Shown here: one piece after another, positions 43,313-57,207 of the stretch
Layout of the letters: every line of letters begins with the position of its first letter
Position numbering within the stretch: the stretch's first letter is position 1
NCBI RefSeq assembly: GCF_009914755.1
Contig: NC_060934.1
Direction: 5' to 3' (one strand)
Source of the DNA: the human T2T-CHM13v2.0 reference genome, Homo sapiens
DNA: 64,000 bases
Program-made: the position numbers and the translations under genes
The notes under the pieces: model-generated
What the model saw: the letters and a program-made list of their open reading frames with translations, nothing else
The model's database searches: none
What the model was told of the DNA's origin: nothing

Positions 43313-46300
43313 CTATCTTTTCCTCATTAATTTGAGATTCTATTCCTTAACATACATTAAACCTCTATGATATGTGAAATTTCCATATGCTCTTGTGTGT
43401 ATTTTTTAGACTTTCTATTCTTTTCCATTGATCTCTGTCTATTCACCCATCAGCATTACATATTTTTAATCACTATAGCTTTAGAAAATACTTGAATTTC
43501 TTGTTTGAAAAAAAATCTCATAATTATTCTTTTTCAGGGTTTTCTCACTCACTCTTGTTTATTTTTCCATTGGAACTTTAGAATCAACTAATTCAGCTTA
43601 AACCGTTAACATTTTCTTGGTACTATAGTACACTTATTGATTAGCAAGGAGAAGCCTGATAGTTTTATACGTGTTACCTTCACAGTGTGGTGGTCCTGAC
43701 CCTTGGTTAGTGTGATCCAAGATCACCTATCAAACATACCACTACTCTGCCTAAGAGGCCAAGTGAGGGAGGGGGAAGAGGGACAAGCTGAAGTTTACCC
43801 GTGCCACTGCATCCTGGGGAGTAGCGCAGGAAACCTCTCTTCCATGGAAACATGAGCAACAAGTGGACTAAAGATGCTCACCATGACACTGGACCTTGAA
43901 GAGCACCTAATGGGGATTCTTCTTCAGGATATATTTCTACGGCTCTTAAAGGAATTTGGTCTTATGATTCTGAAGATGTGGGTCATTAAAAGTGTGTGTA
44001 GATAATTTCACCTGCTGAAAAGGACAGTGAGAGGCAGGTATAGTACAAAGAACATGGGCCCAATAGAACTGAGTTTAAATCCAGCTCTACCAGTTTTGTG
44101 ATTTGGGGCGCTTAACTTCTCCAAGCCTCATTTTTCTCACCTTTATAAATTCATTGTGGAATTGTCAGGATTATAATTAATATGTCAAAATTCTAGCACA
44201 GCACATGGCATATGTTAGCTACTGAATAGTCAGGTGTACATTTTGCCACCAAAGACAAACTTGAATTATTTTATAGTCTCTCTGAAGGCGTTGGAAAATC
44301 TCTGCTGCAGAGAGTGTCCCCGTAGACCCCAGAGAGACCTCCTGCCACCCATCAGCTCCATGGAGAAAGCACCTAGGAGACAGGACAGGTCTTTATATTT
44401 CCGGGATTCCAAGCACTTCAATGCTCTCAAGCATTTGCTGTTGTCCCTCCTGTGATTCACTTAGGTTCTCTCATCTCAATGCATTTCTATGCATTCCACT
44501 TGCAGGAATTTTTTTTTATGTTTGTGTCATCCCAAGAGGGAGATATCCTATATACAAACAAAGAGAAATTTGATCCTTTAAAAAGTCCTGAGTGTTTTTC
44601 CTGATTATGATTTTAACATATGCTTAGTTAAGAAACAATGAAAAAATAGTGAAAAACAAAATAAATGAAAACATGAAACCGAAAATATTTATCAGTGTGT
44701 ATATTTCTTTCTGGGCTTATTTCTATGTCTACACTTTCCACATGAACCTTGATATTGACGTTTACATCCACACTTGTGTAGGTATTCACACCCATGTAGC
44801 TATTCATATTGATCTGTATATAGGATCATACATTATACATAATTTGGTGTATTGCATTTTTAACATTATATCATATATTTCATGTTATGCAACATTTCTG
44901 GTAAACACAATTTTTGATTACTGTATAATATTTTGTGTATTTTTCTTTTAAAAGTCAAAAATGATGCAAGCAGATTTTATCTGCACTGACACTAGTTAGT
45001 TAGATAAATAATAACCCCACACTAGATAAAGAGTGTGGTGTTATTATCTATACATTTCTGTTTAAATGTTATACAAGTGACATAAAGAAACCAATTAATT
45101 TCTGAATTAGAATAATGAATGAAAGCCCATTTAGAGTCATTGTTTCCTGTCACTTTTTTAGGAAAAAGATTTCAATACTTTTCAGACATTACTGAGTGAC
45201 TTGCACAACACTTTTTATGAGGAGTCTAACGAAAGCCAAAAGCAAGAGTTATGTCGCTCCTTTTGTTTCCAGAACACAGAGTGTTTATCCTTTCTATGGG
45301 GGCGAAGTTGAATATTTTCCATAAAGCAAAACAACATGGAAATCTAGAGCAATTTGAGCCAAATGGTAAATAAAAAGCAAGTAAAGTAAATCAAGAAATG
45401 CTTGTGGGAGAATGAACTAGGTCACTTCTCTCATCCCACTGTGACATGTTTTGCAGTGTCTTCGGTGGTTGACCACTAGATGTCACTATGGCATCTTTAA
45501 TCCTAACAGTCATGTAGCTAGCTGGGGGTGGGGAAAGAACAAGAAGAAAGAAAATCTTACAGTTCTATGCAAAATGGAATAGTACTTTTTTTTTTTTTTT
45601 CCGGCAGGCAGCCAGGCTAATAAAAAAAATTTTTTTTTAAACCAACACTATGAATTGAAAAGGCTTTCAAGAAACATCTGCATAGTGAAACTGTTAACTC
45701 CAAAGAAGTCCAACATCGTATTTATACTGTATAAATTAAAATGGAAAATAAAAACCTGTTTGGGCCAATGTGCAAAATCTCCAAAGCAAGAGAAAAATAC
45801 TTCTGAAGTCAATCCGTTTTCAAAAATGATAGCATTAAATATGGAGGATGTAAGAGCTGAAAACAACTGAAATCTGGCACAGTGGAGCTTCAAATAACCA
45901 GTTTCCAAAAATGTGTATTCTTAATTGACCACATTTCCCTTCACACTCAAATTTTAGGAGAAAGAAACAAATCATTTTAAAAAGGGCAAACTCCTCTCGT
46001 GTTACTTGGGGAAAATGATTTTCAGAGATGACCTGCACAGTCAGCAGTGCCCCTCCATGTGACACATCTGTAGGTCAATAAAGGAGAGTTGATGTTCTCA
46101 ATCATGATTCTGAGGAACTGAAAGTTCCCTGGTCATCAAAAACACTATTTCTTTATTTACACTGAAGGCAAAGAAGTACTTGTAAAAAGCAGGCACACAT
46201 AAAATAAATCCTGGGATTTGAACGGCCACCAATTGGATGGTCTCCCCGGCTCGCCACCTTTATGTGAATGTCCATAATGCATCCCTCCATCCACAAGGTC

Positions 46301-47809
46301 TTGGTGTGACTGGCATACGATGTGGCCTATCCACTGACCTCCTGGGTGGCCAGTAGCCTGGCCAAAATCTCTTCCTCAGGAATTTGCAGTTGAGTCACTT
46401 TAGTCTCTCTCTAGATGACAGGACAAACTCTGCAACTGCTGGTCACCATATTTTCCATCTTGTGGACCAAGATGCAAAACAAAACAAAACAAAAACAGAG
46501 GTAAGAATGAGTGGGCACTGAGGAAGCCTTGATGGCATCCAGGTGTATGGTTCCAATTTGTCTGTTACACCTAGAGTCAGCCACTCTTGGATTCCAAGAG
46601 AAAGCCCTCATCGTAAATAATCATTTGTTCAACCAAATGATTCTGGTGGTTGCAATTAGTCGCAACCCAAAGAGTCTTAATTTATGAAGAGACCTTTCAA
46701 GATAAACTGTAATTTTTCCTCTTTGCACCTCAACTCTCCTCTGCTCTCCAACTCTCCTCTTCCCCTATCATTTATCCAGGCATTTAGGTTATGGGGTACT
46801 TTATTCGGTGCTTTGAACTAGCTCTCCTGGCTTGTTGAGGGACAGTGGGGGTGATCCAGAAAATCTTCAAGGAATGCTTTGAAAGATGACTTTCAGCATT
46901 CATGATCTTTGGTTGAACTGTATCTGTAAATCAGAACTTTACAATAGCTGTTCCCAAAATTTGTTCATTAGAACATTAATTCTGAAAATGTTAAGAAAAA
47001 AAAGAGGATTCTATAGTAAAATAAGTTTGGGAAAAACTGCAATATATAACCCCCTTCTGGAGACTCACAATTCATGTTAATATATTAAAGGCTCTGACAA
47101 GTCATGTGGTTTCAAAAGGAATCTGAAGTTGTTTAGCCTGGGATTTTACAAGCATATGTGATAATAGATTTATTTTGGGGGGTTACTCCTTATTTACAAC
47201 ATTTTAGAATGTTACTTAAGATGTTTGTTTAACTCTGCTTTACAGCCAAACTGAGTTTGAGGTGGGTCCACTTTGGGAATTTTGATACCAAAGACCCTGC
47301 AAAATCTCAATGTCTCACCCGTCTAGCCCTTAATTAGTGAGGCGATTAGTCAGAAGATCTGGAGAATGGCCCAGACATCAGTGCTGTGGGAAAGACTGCC
47401 TCGTTGCTTCTTTTGAAGCTCCTACATTTCCCAGAGTCCTGACTCAATGCCCTGATTTTATGCCTTTTGCAAAATATAATATACACAAAGAGGTGGAGTT
47501 TCACAAAGTGTTTCACACGCTTACTGTAACCAGCACCAGGTCAAGAAACAATATTCCTAGCTCTCAGAAGCCCCCTGTGTCTCTTTCAGTTATCCCCACC
47601 CCCATCTCAACTCCCAAAAGATAACCACTACCTTTAAGCCTTTTTTCCCCAACTAAACGGATACATCCTGGAGGACTCGGGTCAACCCTTGATCTCTTTG
47701 TATCCCAGCAGTGTCCTGAATAGGACTTAGTCAGTGAAGGAGAGTTAACTGCTCATCTACAAGCATGAACCACAAAAGCACAGCTGCCCATCAGACTCCT
47801 TTGTAGGTT

Positions 47810-48020
47810 GGTAGAAGACCCTGGAGTCAGGCTGCCTGGATTCAAACCCTGCCTTTATGACTGGTTACCTATCTGACCATGGGCAATTGCTTCATCTTTC
47901 CAGACCTCAATTCCTGATTTGCAGAAAATCTACTTTATGGGAATGTTGTAGGAATCAAGTGAAATATTAACAAAAAGCTCCTTGCAAAGAGCTGGCCAAA
48001 TAGTAAATGCTCAACACACA
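47810..48020 (+). mobile_element. MIR SINE
   Basis: CTGGAGTCAGGCTGCCTGGATTCAAACCCTG...AGTAAATGCTCAA. Confidence 0.7.
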
Positions 48021-49944
48021 CTTGTTTCTCAGATTTGTCGCCCCTAAATGTTCCTTCCACATCCCATGTTCCCGTTGTAAGTCAGCCAAGAATGAAGGGG
48101 TCAAGTTAGTCTCACCTGCAATTTTTTGTAGAAGAGTGAAGGCAAGTGTCCACTTATAGGCTGGTGCCAGTGACTCTTCAAGCTATGACGCCCCTTCCTG
48201 TCCAAGCTATGATCTTCTTCCTGTTCATGCTCAACGAATGTAGGTCAAAGGGCCTTTCTAGGTGATTGCTTGAAATAGAGGTGATGAATTTTTACAAGCG
48301 GGGTGGAGAAAGATGTTTTCTGCCCTTATTAAGCCTACTATTCAAAGAAGAACTCGGCAAAGTGGTAAATGGTACACTTACACACATCTCCCACACATTA
48401 AGCAGCTATATAGTAAGATATTGGGATTGGATTGGTTGCAGTTTTCAGTGTTTCTCAAACTTATTTTGTCTGAACAAAGAAAGCAAGAGCTTTTTAGGAG
48501 CAGCTACTTCCAAGTAGGGAGCTGAGGGCTTACATATGTTCATCAATACATTTCTCTGTGCTGTTATTAGCATAATCCAGAACAAGCTTTCAAATATTTT
48601 GAAATCAATTGGTGTGTGGGATAATTCATTTATTCAGCCATTATGTCTTGGTCACTGTGGTAGGCTAATCCCTGGACATGTCAATGTTACTTTCATGGCA
48701 TTTATATTCTCATGTGGAAGATAGACAATAAATAAATAGATAGATGCACAATCTTCTGTCAGAAGATTCTGCACGCTGTATACTAAAAATAAAGCAGGTG
48801 GCTGAGGCCCAGGGAACCTGGGAGCAGTCAGGGGAATGGTAGAAAATGAGTTGAGCAGGCTATGAAGGGCTCTGCAGTGGGTGCACTATGAAGGGGTTAA
48901 AGGCTTAGTATTTTATTCTAAGTATGGCTTTAGGAGTTTTCAGTATGCTTGAGAAGCCAGTAGGTTCACCCTCAAGATGTCCTGCGGGCTGACTGATGTT
49001 CCTGTCCTGATTTAGCCCTTAAGTCACTCTGTGACCTTGGGAGATTTCCTTGACCTCTCTAGATTTTAACGTCCTTAGCTGGGGTTCAAGTAACTATAAT
49101 TTATAAGGTTCTTCCTCTTAAAATAAGAAACCAGCACTCGTAACCCCTTCCTGAACAGGAAGACATTAATCAGAAACACAATGGCTCCTCTGGCCAAGAT
49201 GATCTTACTCAGGACCACTAGAGGGAGGCCAGTGAGGCCACCTTTGCAGAATTGAAATGTTAAGACTGAAGGCATGTTGTTAAAAAAAGCTCTTGCTCAC
49301 TTTTATGGTCTGCTTCTAATTAGATATAGGGCTAGACTCTAAACCACACACACGTTTTCAGCCAACCCTAGAAGGCCCAGGCCCCTTTTTCAATCTCAAA
49401 ACAGTCAAGCCACAAGCCACAAGCAATGAGCTTTCAGACCAGAGGAGAGGCATGAAGAATCACAGATTCAGCGTCTCGCCCCTGACCATGGCATCAAGGA
49501 CCTACTCAAATTGAGAAGCAGCTTCTGTTAACATTCCTTGTGAACTGCCCCAACTCCTGATGATTAAAGAGCTAAGATACGACTCACGGGTCTCTCAATT
49601 CTTCCAAGAGTAATTTTATAATTTATCTTTTCCCTCTAGGTTCAGTGTTAGAAGCTGGTAAAACATCCTCTTTCCCCTACATCAAAGTGGAAACAAAATA
49701 ATTTGGAGTTCATGTAATGAAAACCTCAATTTCAGGGATCTAAAGGCCCTTTTAAGAAAAATCACAAGGAAGGAGGTAAATTCTGGAGGCACTTTTAGCT
49801 CATACGGTTAATGCAATATAAGAATATAATATTAACCATTAAGAGAATTTTCTTTTTCCTCCACTTCATCCTTCTAACACCTTCTAATGCCTAAATCCAA
49901 AAACTGAAGATGGTGAGGTTTCCAGAAATGTATTCATTTAGTAA

Positions 49945-50680
49945 ACTTAAAAAAAAAAAACTCCTTATTTTGACATAATGTCTAACAGAGAAGTTTTACA
50001 AATAATACAAAAAATTCCTGAATACCCTTCTCCCAGATTCCAAATATAAACACTTTATGTTTACTCTCCTCTCTTCTCACTCTCTCATATTGCTTTCTGA
50101 ACTATTTGAAAGTGAACTGCAAAAGTTACACCCTTTCTCCCATTGAGTGTATATTTCCTAAAAACAGGAACACTCCCTTACGTAACTGCTGTACAATGAT
50201 TAAAATAAAGAAATTAATATTAAAACAACATACTGTCCAGTCTACAAACTTTATTCTGATTTTTCCAATTGCCATAAATATTAGAACAACATATTGGTAA
50301 TCTATAGACTTTATTCTGATTTTTTTCCAATTGCTGTGTGTGTGTGTGTGTGTATAAAATTTAATTTTTTTAATCTAGTAAAAGAAGTTCCTGGATAATA
50401 TGTGGCATTCAGTTGTCATGTCTCTTTATTCTCCTTTAAACTGCTTTTGCTTTGTCTTTCTTGATATTGACACTTTTGAAAAGTACAAGCAAAATATTTG
50501 GTAGAATGTCTCTCCATTCGGGTTTGTCTAATGTTTCTTCATGGTTAGATTCAGGATGTGCATTTTTGTTAGGAATACCATGGAAATGATGTCGTGTCTT
50601 CTTATTGCCTGACATCAGGAATAATGTTTATTTGCCCAGTCACTGGTGATATTAACTTGTATCACTTGTTAAGGTGGTGT
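49945..50680 (-). mobile_element. L1MC-type 3' end fragment
   Basis: GTAGAATGTCTCTCCATTCGGGTTTGTCT...CATGGTTAGATTCAGG motifs. Confidence 0.65.
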
Positions 50681-50722
50681 AAACATATAAAAACTCATTA
50701 TGTATTAGGAAATATGCTAGGC

Positions 50723-52140
50723 TAATGGTTCTTAATCTTTTCATCTTAGAAATACTTTACACTCTTAAAAATTATTTTGGCTCTCAAAGAGCTTGTATTG
50801 ATGTTAGTTATAGCTATCAATATTTACTGTACTATATTAGAAATTAAAACTGAGAAATTTAAAAATATTGATTAATTTGTTTGAAAGTAACAGTAATATG
50901 CCTATTGCATAGAAACATGAACAACATGTGCTTCATAACAATAACTATATTTTCCAAAACAAAAAATACCAGTGAAGAGATTGTCATTGTTTTGCATTTT
51001 TGCAAGCTTCTTTAATGTCTGGCTTAATAGAAAGTAGCTAGATTCTCATATTTACTTCTGGATTCAGTCTATTGCAATATGTTTTTTGGCTGAAATATAC
51101 GAAGAAGAAAACATACATCTGTAATCGGAAACGGAAGGACTATTTTAGAAGCCTCGCAATTGTGAATAATGTTTTATGATACTATTTCAAAACTCAATAA
51201 GGCAGTGGTATCTTAAAAGTTAGTTACAATGTAAAATATGAAACCATATCAATGAACATTTTGTTAGCTGTTAACATTAAAGTCCACTGGTTTATTGTGC
51301 ACTTCTTTTACTAGGCATGACTTTTGTAACATCATACATTGGTCATTTGGAAAATATTGGCTCCCTGAGTTGTACATATCATCCAAATGTTGCCACTTCT
51401 TTATACAATCACTGAAAATAAATCATTTGTTAATATCACCACTGATCTCTTAGAAAGCACTTAAGTATTGGGAAGCTGTGACATTTACAGGGATACATAC
51501 AAATTTCCAAAATTTGAGTTTTCACTTTAAGATCAAATTTTTATTATTGGCAACAAATATTGTTAGTTGTATTCTTTGAAGTCACAGGTTTCCTTTGTTG
51601 ATTTTGAGAAAATGTCCTCTAAATTCCCAAGTCTGAATAACCAATGCTTGTCTGTCAGTTGTTCTTTCAAGTAAAAATGATGTTACATGAAGAAAGTGAC
51701 GAGTTCAGCTCACAACTCAAACAATTGCACAAACGCTTTTCCTGGACAACCATTGTGCTTCAGTATTCAGCACAAGTGCTTCGTGCACTTTCCCCATTTA
51801 TCACACAGACTATTTGAAAAGTTAGGCAGCCAAGGGTCAACGTTTAGTACAATTAATACATTTTTACTGCTTCCTCAGGGACATTTTAAAGTAAAACCTG
51901 AATTTCTTTTTTAAGCCCAAAGTGCATAGCACTGAAGATGACAATGGCTGCTAGTAAAGTTTGGTTATCACTGCCTTGATTAAGGTGCCAGCAGTTTTAC
52001 ACGCTGTTGCTTTTGAAATATGTGTAAATATCAACACAGTGAAAAAGGCAAATAATGTCTTAATACCATTGTAAAAATCTTTTTGACCTAAAAGTGTCTC
52101 AGAGAAGCCTGGGGTCTAGGGACCAAAACTTGAAGAGACA
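50723..52140. mobile_element. Charlie1a-like hAT DNA transposon (about 1.4 kb)
   Basis: TTTACACTCTTAAAAATTATT...CAAAGAGCTT...TATTAGAAATTAAAACTGAGAAATT end and matching length; decayed transposase remnants. Confidence 0.75.
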
Positions 52141-52384
52141 AAGAAACACTAACATCTATATATTATACAAGTTCCGTCCTCCAGGAACTCAAAACCTAGT
52201 TGAAGAGGCAGACCAGCTGACCAAAAGCCATTTGAAGGAAGAGTCCAGATGTATATTTAAGTTATTGGTAATATTTCACTTCCTGTTTTGGGTTGTGAGT
52301 TCAAGGGAGTTAGTTGTACTATAAACCTGTGCTGTGTAATATGAATGTTTAATTTGTTCATTTGAAGTGTGACTAGATCTAACT

Positions 52385-52653
52385 GAGATACACTCTAAAG
52401 GTAAAATATATACCACATATTGTTTTTATATGCAAAAAAGAATGTAAATATCTCATTTATAATTTTTATAATTGATTAATGTTGAAGGGATAAACTTTCA
52501 GATATATTGGGTTACATAAAACATATTTAAATTAATTTTGTCTGCTACTTTTTACATTTAAAAATGGAGCTATTAGCAATTTTAAAGTTACAAATGTGGT
52601 TTGCATTATATTTCTGTTGGGCAGTGGCTTGTATTATATTTCTCTTGGGCAGT
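52385..52653. mobile_element. MER33-like hAT MITE fragment with duplicated terminus
   Basis: ATGTGGTTTGCATTATATTTCTGTTGGGCAG terminal motif present twice. Confidence 0.65.
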
Positions 52654-52950
52654 AATGTAAATAAATACACAGATGAAATAAAATACTGATTATAAAACAA
52701 GGCCAAGCATAGCAGTGATAATAGTGCATTCATTACAAACCAAGGATTATTTTTCAACTGATTTCATGCATCCGAGGTCAAGGGTGAAAAAGAATTTTAT
52801 ATAAGTAGTGTGGTAAAGCTTATTTAAATCATTTGATAAAGATAGAGATTGCTAAGGGAATACAGAGGTGAGCAGCCACCCAGCCTTGGGAGGTCACAGA
52901 GGCTTCTGAAAGAAAGAGATGTGTTGGTTGCAACTGAAGGAAAATTAGAA

Positions 52951-53249
52951 TTTTTTTTTTTTTTTTTTGGAGATGGAGTCTTGCTCTGTCGCCCAAGCTG
53001 GAATACAGTAGCATGATCTTGGCTCACTGCAAACTCTACCTCCCGGTTCAAGGGATTCTTCGGCCTCAGCTTCCCAAGTAGCTGGGACTACAGGCGTGAA
53101 TCACCACGCCCAGATAATTTTGTATTTATCACACAGACGGGGTTTCACCATGTTGGCCAGCCTGGTCTCAAACTCCTGACCTGATGTGATCTGTCCACCT
53201 CAGCCTCCCAAAGTGCTAGGATTTCAGGTGTGAGCCACCATGCCCAGCT
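52951..53249 (-). mobile_element. AluS SINE
   Basis: Antisense dimer; TSD GAAAATTAGAA. Confidence 0.92.
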
Positions 53250-54454
53250 AGAAAATTAGAAATTCTTCAAGTGAATCAGGTGCAAGAGGGGAGATATGAG
53301 GAGAGTACTCCAGGGAGAAGGAACAGAATTTGCAAAGTTTTAGCCATTGCTCCATAGCCCACTTGGGGAACTCCAAAATTTATAGGGGCTTATTGTGATA
53401 CTATTACATCACCACCTGCAGCTATTTACATAAAGTTCTGTTTTCCCTGAGGCACTTGTATATAAAAGAGAAGATTTATTTTACTTTCCTGCATTTCTCT
53501 AAAGAATCATGAATTTAAAACTGGGTATTTAAAAATCTGGGAAACAGCTTGGGCTCATAGTAAGAGATACTTTGCAATTACTATTTAGTTTTACACACAC
53601 ACACAGGGTTTTGCTTATCTGCATCTTGCCAAAAATTCAACCTTTTGCTCCAGAATAGTAACAACTTGACTCCATAATGCTGAGAGCTGCACATGACTCT
53701 CAGAAAGAGGGAAAGTGAAAAAATAAAAGTCTGCAAAGGCATAAAAATGATACTAAGTTAATTTTGCAGTGACCTCACATGGATGTTATGGTTGATGCCT
53801 AACTGAGCAGGGGGATCCCAGAGCGTCAGAATTGGAGAGGACATTGATGATGAACAATTTTCCAGCCCATTCGCTACCCTGTCAATAATGAGAACAGTCC
53901 CGAGTGAATGTCGGAGCTAGGATTTAAAGTGGTGTCTGGACCTTTAACTTGACCTCTCCCCTTCTTGGATGAAAAACATGTCTGAAGTCCTCAATCTTTC
54001 CAAAACTAGAGACTAGAACATCCTCAGTGTGAAAAAAGCATACCCAAAGCCCAAACCAACTTCCTGAGCTCCACAATTTACTTTCAAGACCATCTCACTC
54101 GGGCAGCACCCCGCAAACACGGTCCTCATTCTCTGTGCTTGTTTAGGTTTGCCTCACTTCTGCTGGGATGTAGGCGCTATGAGAGCAGGGGCTTCACCTG
54201 CCCTGTCGGTGGCTGTATCTTTAGGGCTGGGAACAACCTTTGACACACAGTAGGTGCTCAAAACGTGTTGTACTTGTTTAGTGTATGGCACAGTGTAGTT
54301 CCTGACTGGTGACCTATGCCAAAATTGTTCTATTTGGCATAATTGAGAATGATAATGAGTCTACTTAACCCAGATGCTCTCTTTTCCCCAGGAGGCTAAG
54401 TGAGCACATGACTCACTAACTGGTCTTCAGTAGTTAACCCATCCCCAACACTAG

Positions 54455-55224
54455 TGAAACCGCTTCGTAAAGATTATGACAGTGAGAGGAATCTAGCATA
54501 GCTGACTCCATCTTGCTTCTCGCCTCAAAGGCTGGTTGTTCTCCCCCATTCTTGGCCATAGGCAAAGCTGACCATGTGAAGATTTAATTTGTAGTTTAAC
54601 TTTGAAGCAAGAATGATAATAGTCTTTCCCTAAAACTAGCCCCCTCCTTGTTCCAGGATGAAAGATCACCTTTGTAAAACTAATGAAAGGCCACGATATT
54701 AGGATTATGGGAGAAGACTAAATTCTGCTAAAATGTAGGCATAATTCCCATAATCCCTGACTGCTCAGGAGTCCTGTGGCCAGAGGTCACAAAAACTGTG
54801 ACTTCCTCAATTGCTCCTACAGATAACATTACTATTATAGAGTCTAAGAGCCTAAGATTGCTTTTTTGAGATGTTGTTCAGATTTTTGCATGCTGGCAAC
54901 CGACTGACCCCACCTGGACCTATGGCTCACGACTCAGTCAGCCCTGTGGCTCCCACCCAGAGGTGGACTCAGTGCACAAGGACCATTTTCCAGAACCCTA
55001 TGATTGCATCCCCAACCAATCAGTAGCACCCTTAGCCGCCTGCCCACAAAACTATCCTTGAAAATCCCTAGCCCATGAACCTTGGGGATACTGATTTCAG
55101 TAACAACTGTCTTCTGCCTGGCCCAAGGCATGTTACTTAAACTCTGTCTTTACTTCAATACCGTGGTCTCAGTGTATTGGTTTTGTCTGTGCAGCAGGCA
55201 GGAAGAACCCATTGTGTGATTACA
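54455..55224 (+). mobile_element. ERV1 solo LTR (LTR8 family, most like LTR8B)
   Basis: TGAAACCGC...GCTGACTCCATCTTGCTTCT start, ...GATTACA end, 770 bp, 4-bp near-TSD CTAG/CTGG. Confidence 0.8.
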
Positions 55225-55829
55225 CTGGAAGAGAAGAGCTGGAACTAAAAGCCATTCTGCTTGTCTTCCAGCCCCTCCTTTCCTCCTCCTCATGATAATG
55301 GCCATGGACTCAGTGCCTCCTCAGTGCCAGGCACTTTACAAATGTAATTTCTAGTCCTTACTTCAACCCTACAAGATGGTGGTAATTAATATTGTCATCA
55401 TCACTGTTTTACAAACAAGGGAACTAAAGCTCAAAGAGTTGATGCCACTTGCCCAAGTCCATACTGTTAGTGGTAATGGATTTGTCTGGGATTGGAATGC
55501 TGCTCTGTGTCACTCACCCCAAAGTCTGGCCTTACTCTTCCATCCACAGGTAATCTGGTCTCAGATTCTGGAATGCAGGCAGCTTGAGGAGGAGAATCAG
55601 TGTTTTGGTGATACCTGGAATAAAATGAAAGTGAAGAGCTAGCAGTACTTTGTACCATGACACTTCCTGGGCACATACCATGGGCCAGCACCACACTAAA
55701 CACGTTATTGGGACATCTCAATTACCAGTGGGCACAATTTATAAGGAGAGAAGAATCTTGGGCTTGCAGAAGTTGTTTGTTATTATACACCTTCACGCTT
55801 TGCTCTTTTCACTTTATGGTATATAATAG

Positions 55830-56070
55830 TGACTTCTCTGCTGTGCACCACACCTAGTTCTAAGTGCTTCATGCATATTAACTCATTTAATGCTCTCATC
55901 AATACTGCGAGGCAAGTTGTGTTATTATCTCTACTTTATAAATGATTATATTGAGACACAGAGAGGTTAAGTGATTGTCCAAGATCACACAGCTAGTAAG
56001 AACCAGATTTCAGACTTGGGCAGTCTGGCTCCAGAGTCTGTGTTCTTATTCTCTACTCTAAGCTGCCTTT
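55830..56070 (-). mobile_element. MIR SINE
   Basis: ATTAACTCATTTAAT...GAGACACAGAGAGGTTAAGTGA...CCAAGATCACACAGCTAGTAAG. Confidence 0.8.
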
Positions 56071-57207
56071 CTGATATTATATATTACATATTACATATAA
56101 AGAAAATATATCATGAATGTATAATGCAGATCACATATTAAAAAATCAATTGTCTTTTATATTATGTGAATTATATACCTTCTGTATGGAATGTTAAATG
56201 CCTACCCTGTCAGTACATAGAGGGCTGTCTCACTTTTTAAACATCTGTTTAAACATCTGTGTAGTACTCTGTTATGCCAGTGTTGTGTAATTTATCTAAC
56301 CAGTCTCCTATTGATGAACATTTTGGTTGTTTCCAAACCTTTTGCTATAATAACAATGATAACAACATAGAATACAGTAATTATGTACTTATATATAACA
56401 TAATTAAAATATAATTTATAATTAGAATAAAATAATGTCATAAAATAAATGCAATAAATATCCAGTACATGTTTATTTCTTGCGTGTGCAGTCTATCTGT
56501 GAAATAAATACCCGGAAGTGGAATTACTGAATCAAAGGCCATGTGCATTTGTAATTTTGATAGATTGTGCCAAGTTGCATTTCAAAGGACTTGTACCCTT
56601 CACCATCTCCACCAGCTATAGAGCACATTGTCTATTTCACCATGGCCACACTCCCATAGTGCTCTGTCATAAGACTCATGCCCTTAACCACTGCACCATA
56701 CCGTCTCCCGAGGACAAATTAGTGGGAAAGCTGCGTGAATCCAGTGAAAACTAAGTTATGTAAGAAAAGGTCAGAAACTTGACCTTGAGTCAAATGTCTG
56801 GCCAGAAGTACGAGAAACCAGAAGCAAAACAGAAGGTATTTGATAATGACACTCAAGGGAAATTTTATCAAGACTTTTATGCCAATGACTCAGTCCTCGT
56901 TCTGGGGAGCCTGGGTTTCTAAACTGTTCTCTTCCCTTGTTGAGAAAGGAAGGTAGTTGAATTCCAGGAAATACCACTGAATTCCAAACACAGACAGGAA
57001 ATGTGTTATCTTCTGACAAAGGGGAAGAACTGGCTGTCTGCAAGGCTAAAAGCCCTCTGAGCTTATGTGGGATAAAATTGTCTTTCTGGTTCTAATTCTG
57101 GTGACCTAGTTGAGTGCAGGTTTCTGGGAGCTGATCAAAAGGAAATAAGCAAGACCCAGCTTCTCCCATGGGCAGCAGCCTCTACAGGGGTGCAAGTGAG
57201 GGTACAG

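Noticed and set aside
45000-46200. Repeat-poor stretch with several short ORFs, possibly a conserved element or exon
   Set aside because: No recognisable protein or RNA motif; conservation cannot be judged from one sequence.
48750-48768. Perfect palindrome AATCTTCTG-T-CAGAAGATT
   Set aside because: A 9-bp arm is within chance expectation for 64 kb of AT-rich DNA.
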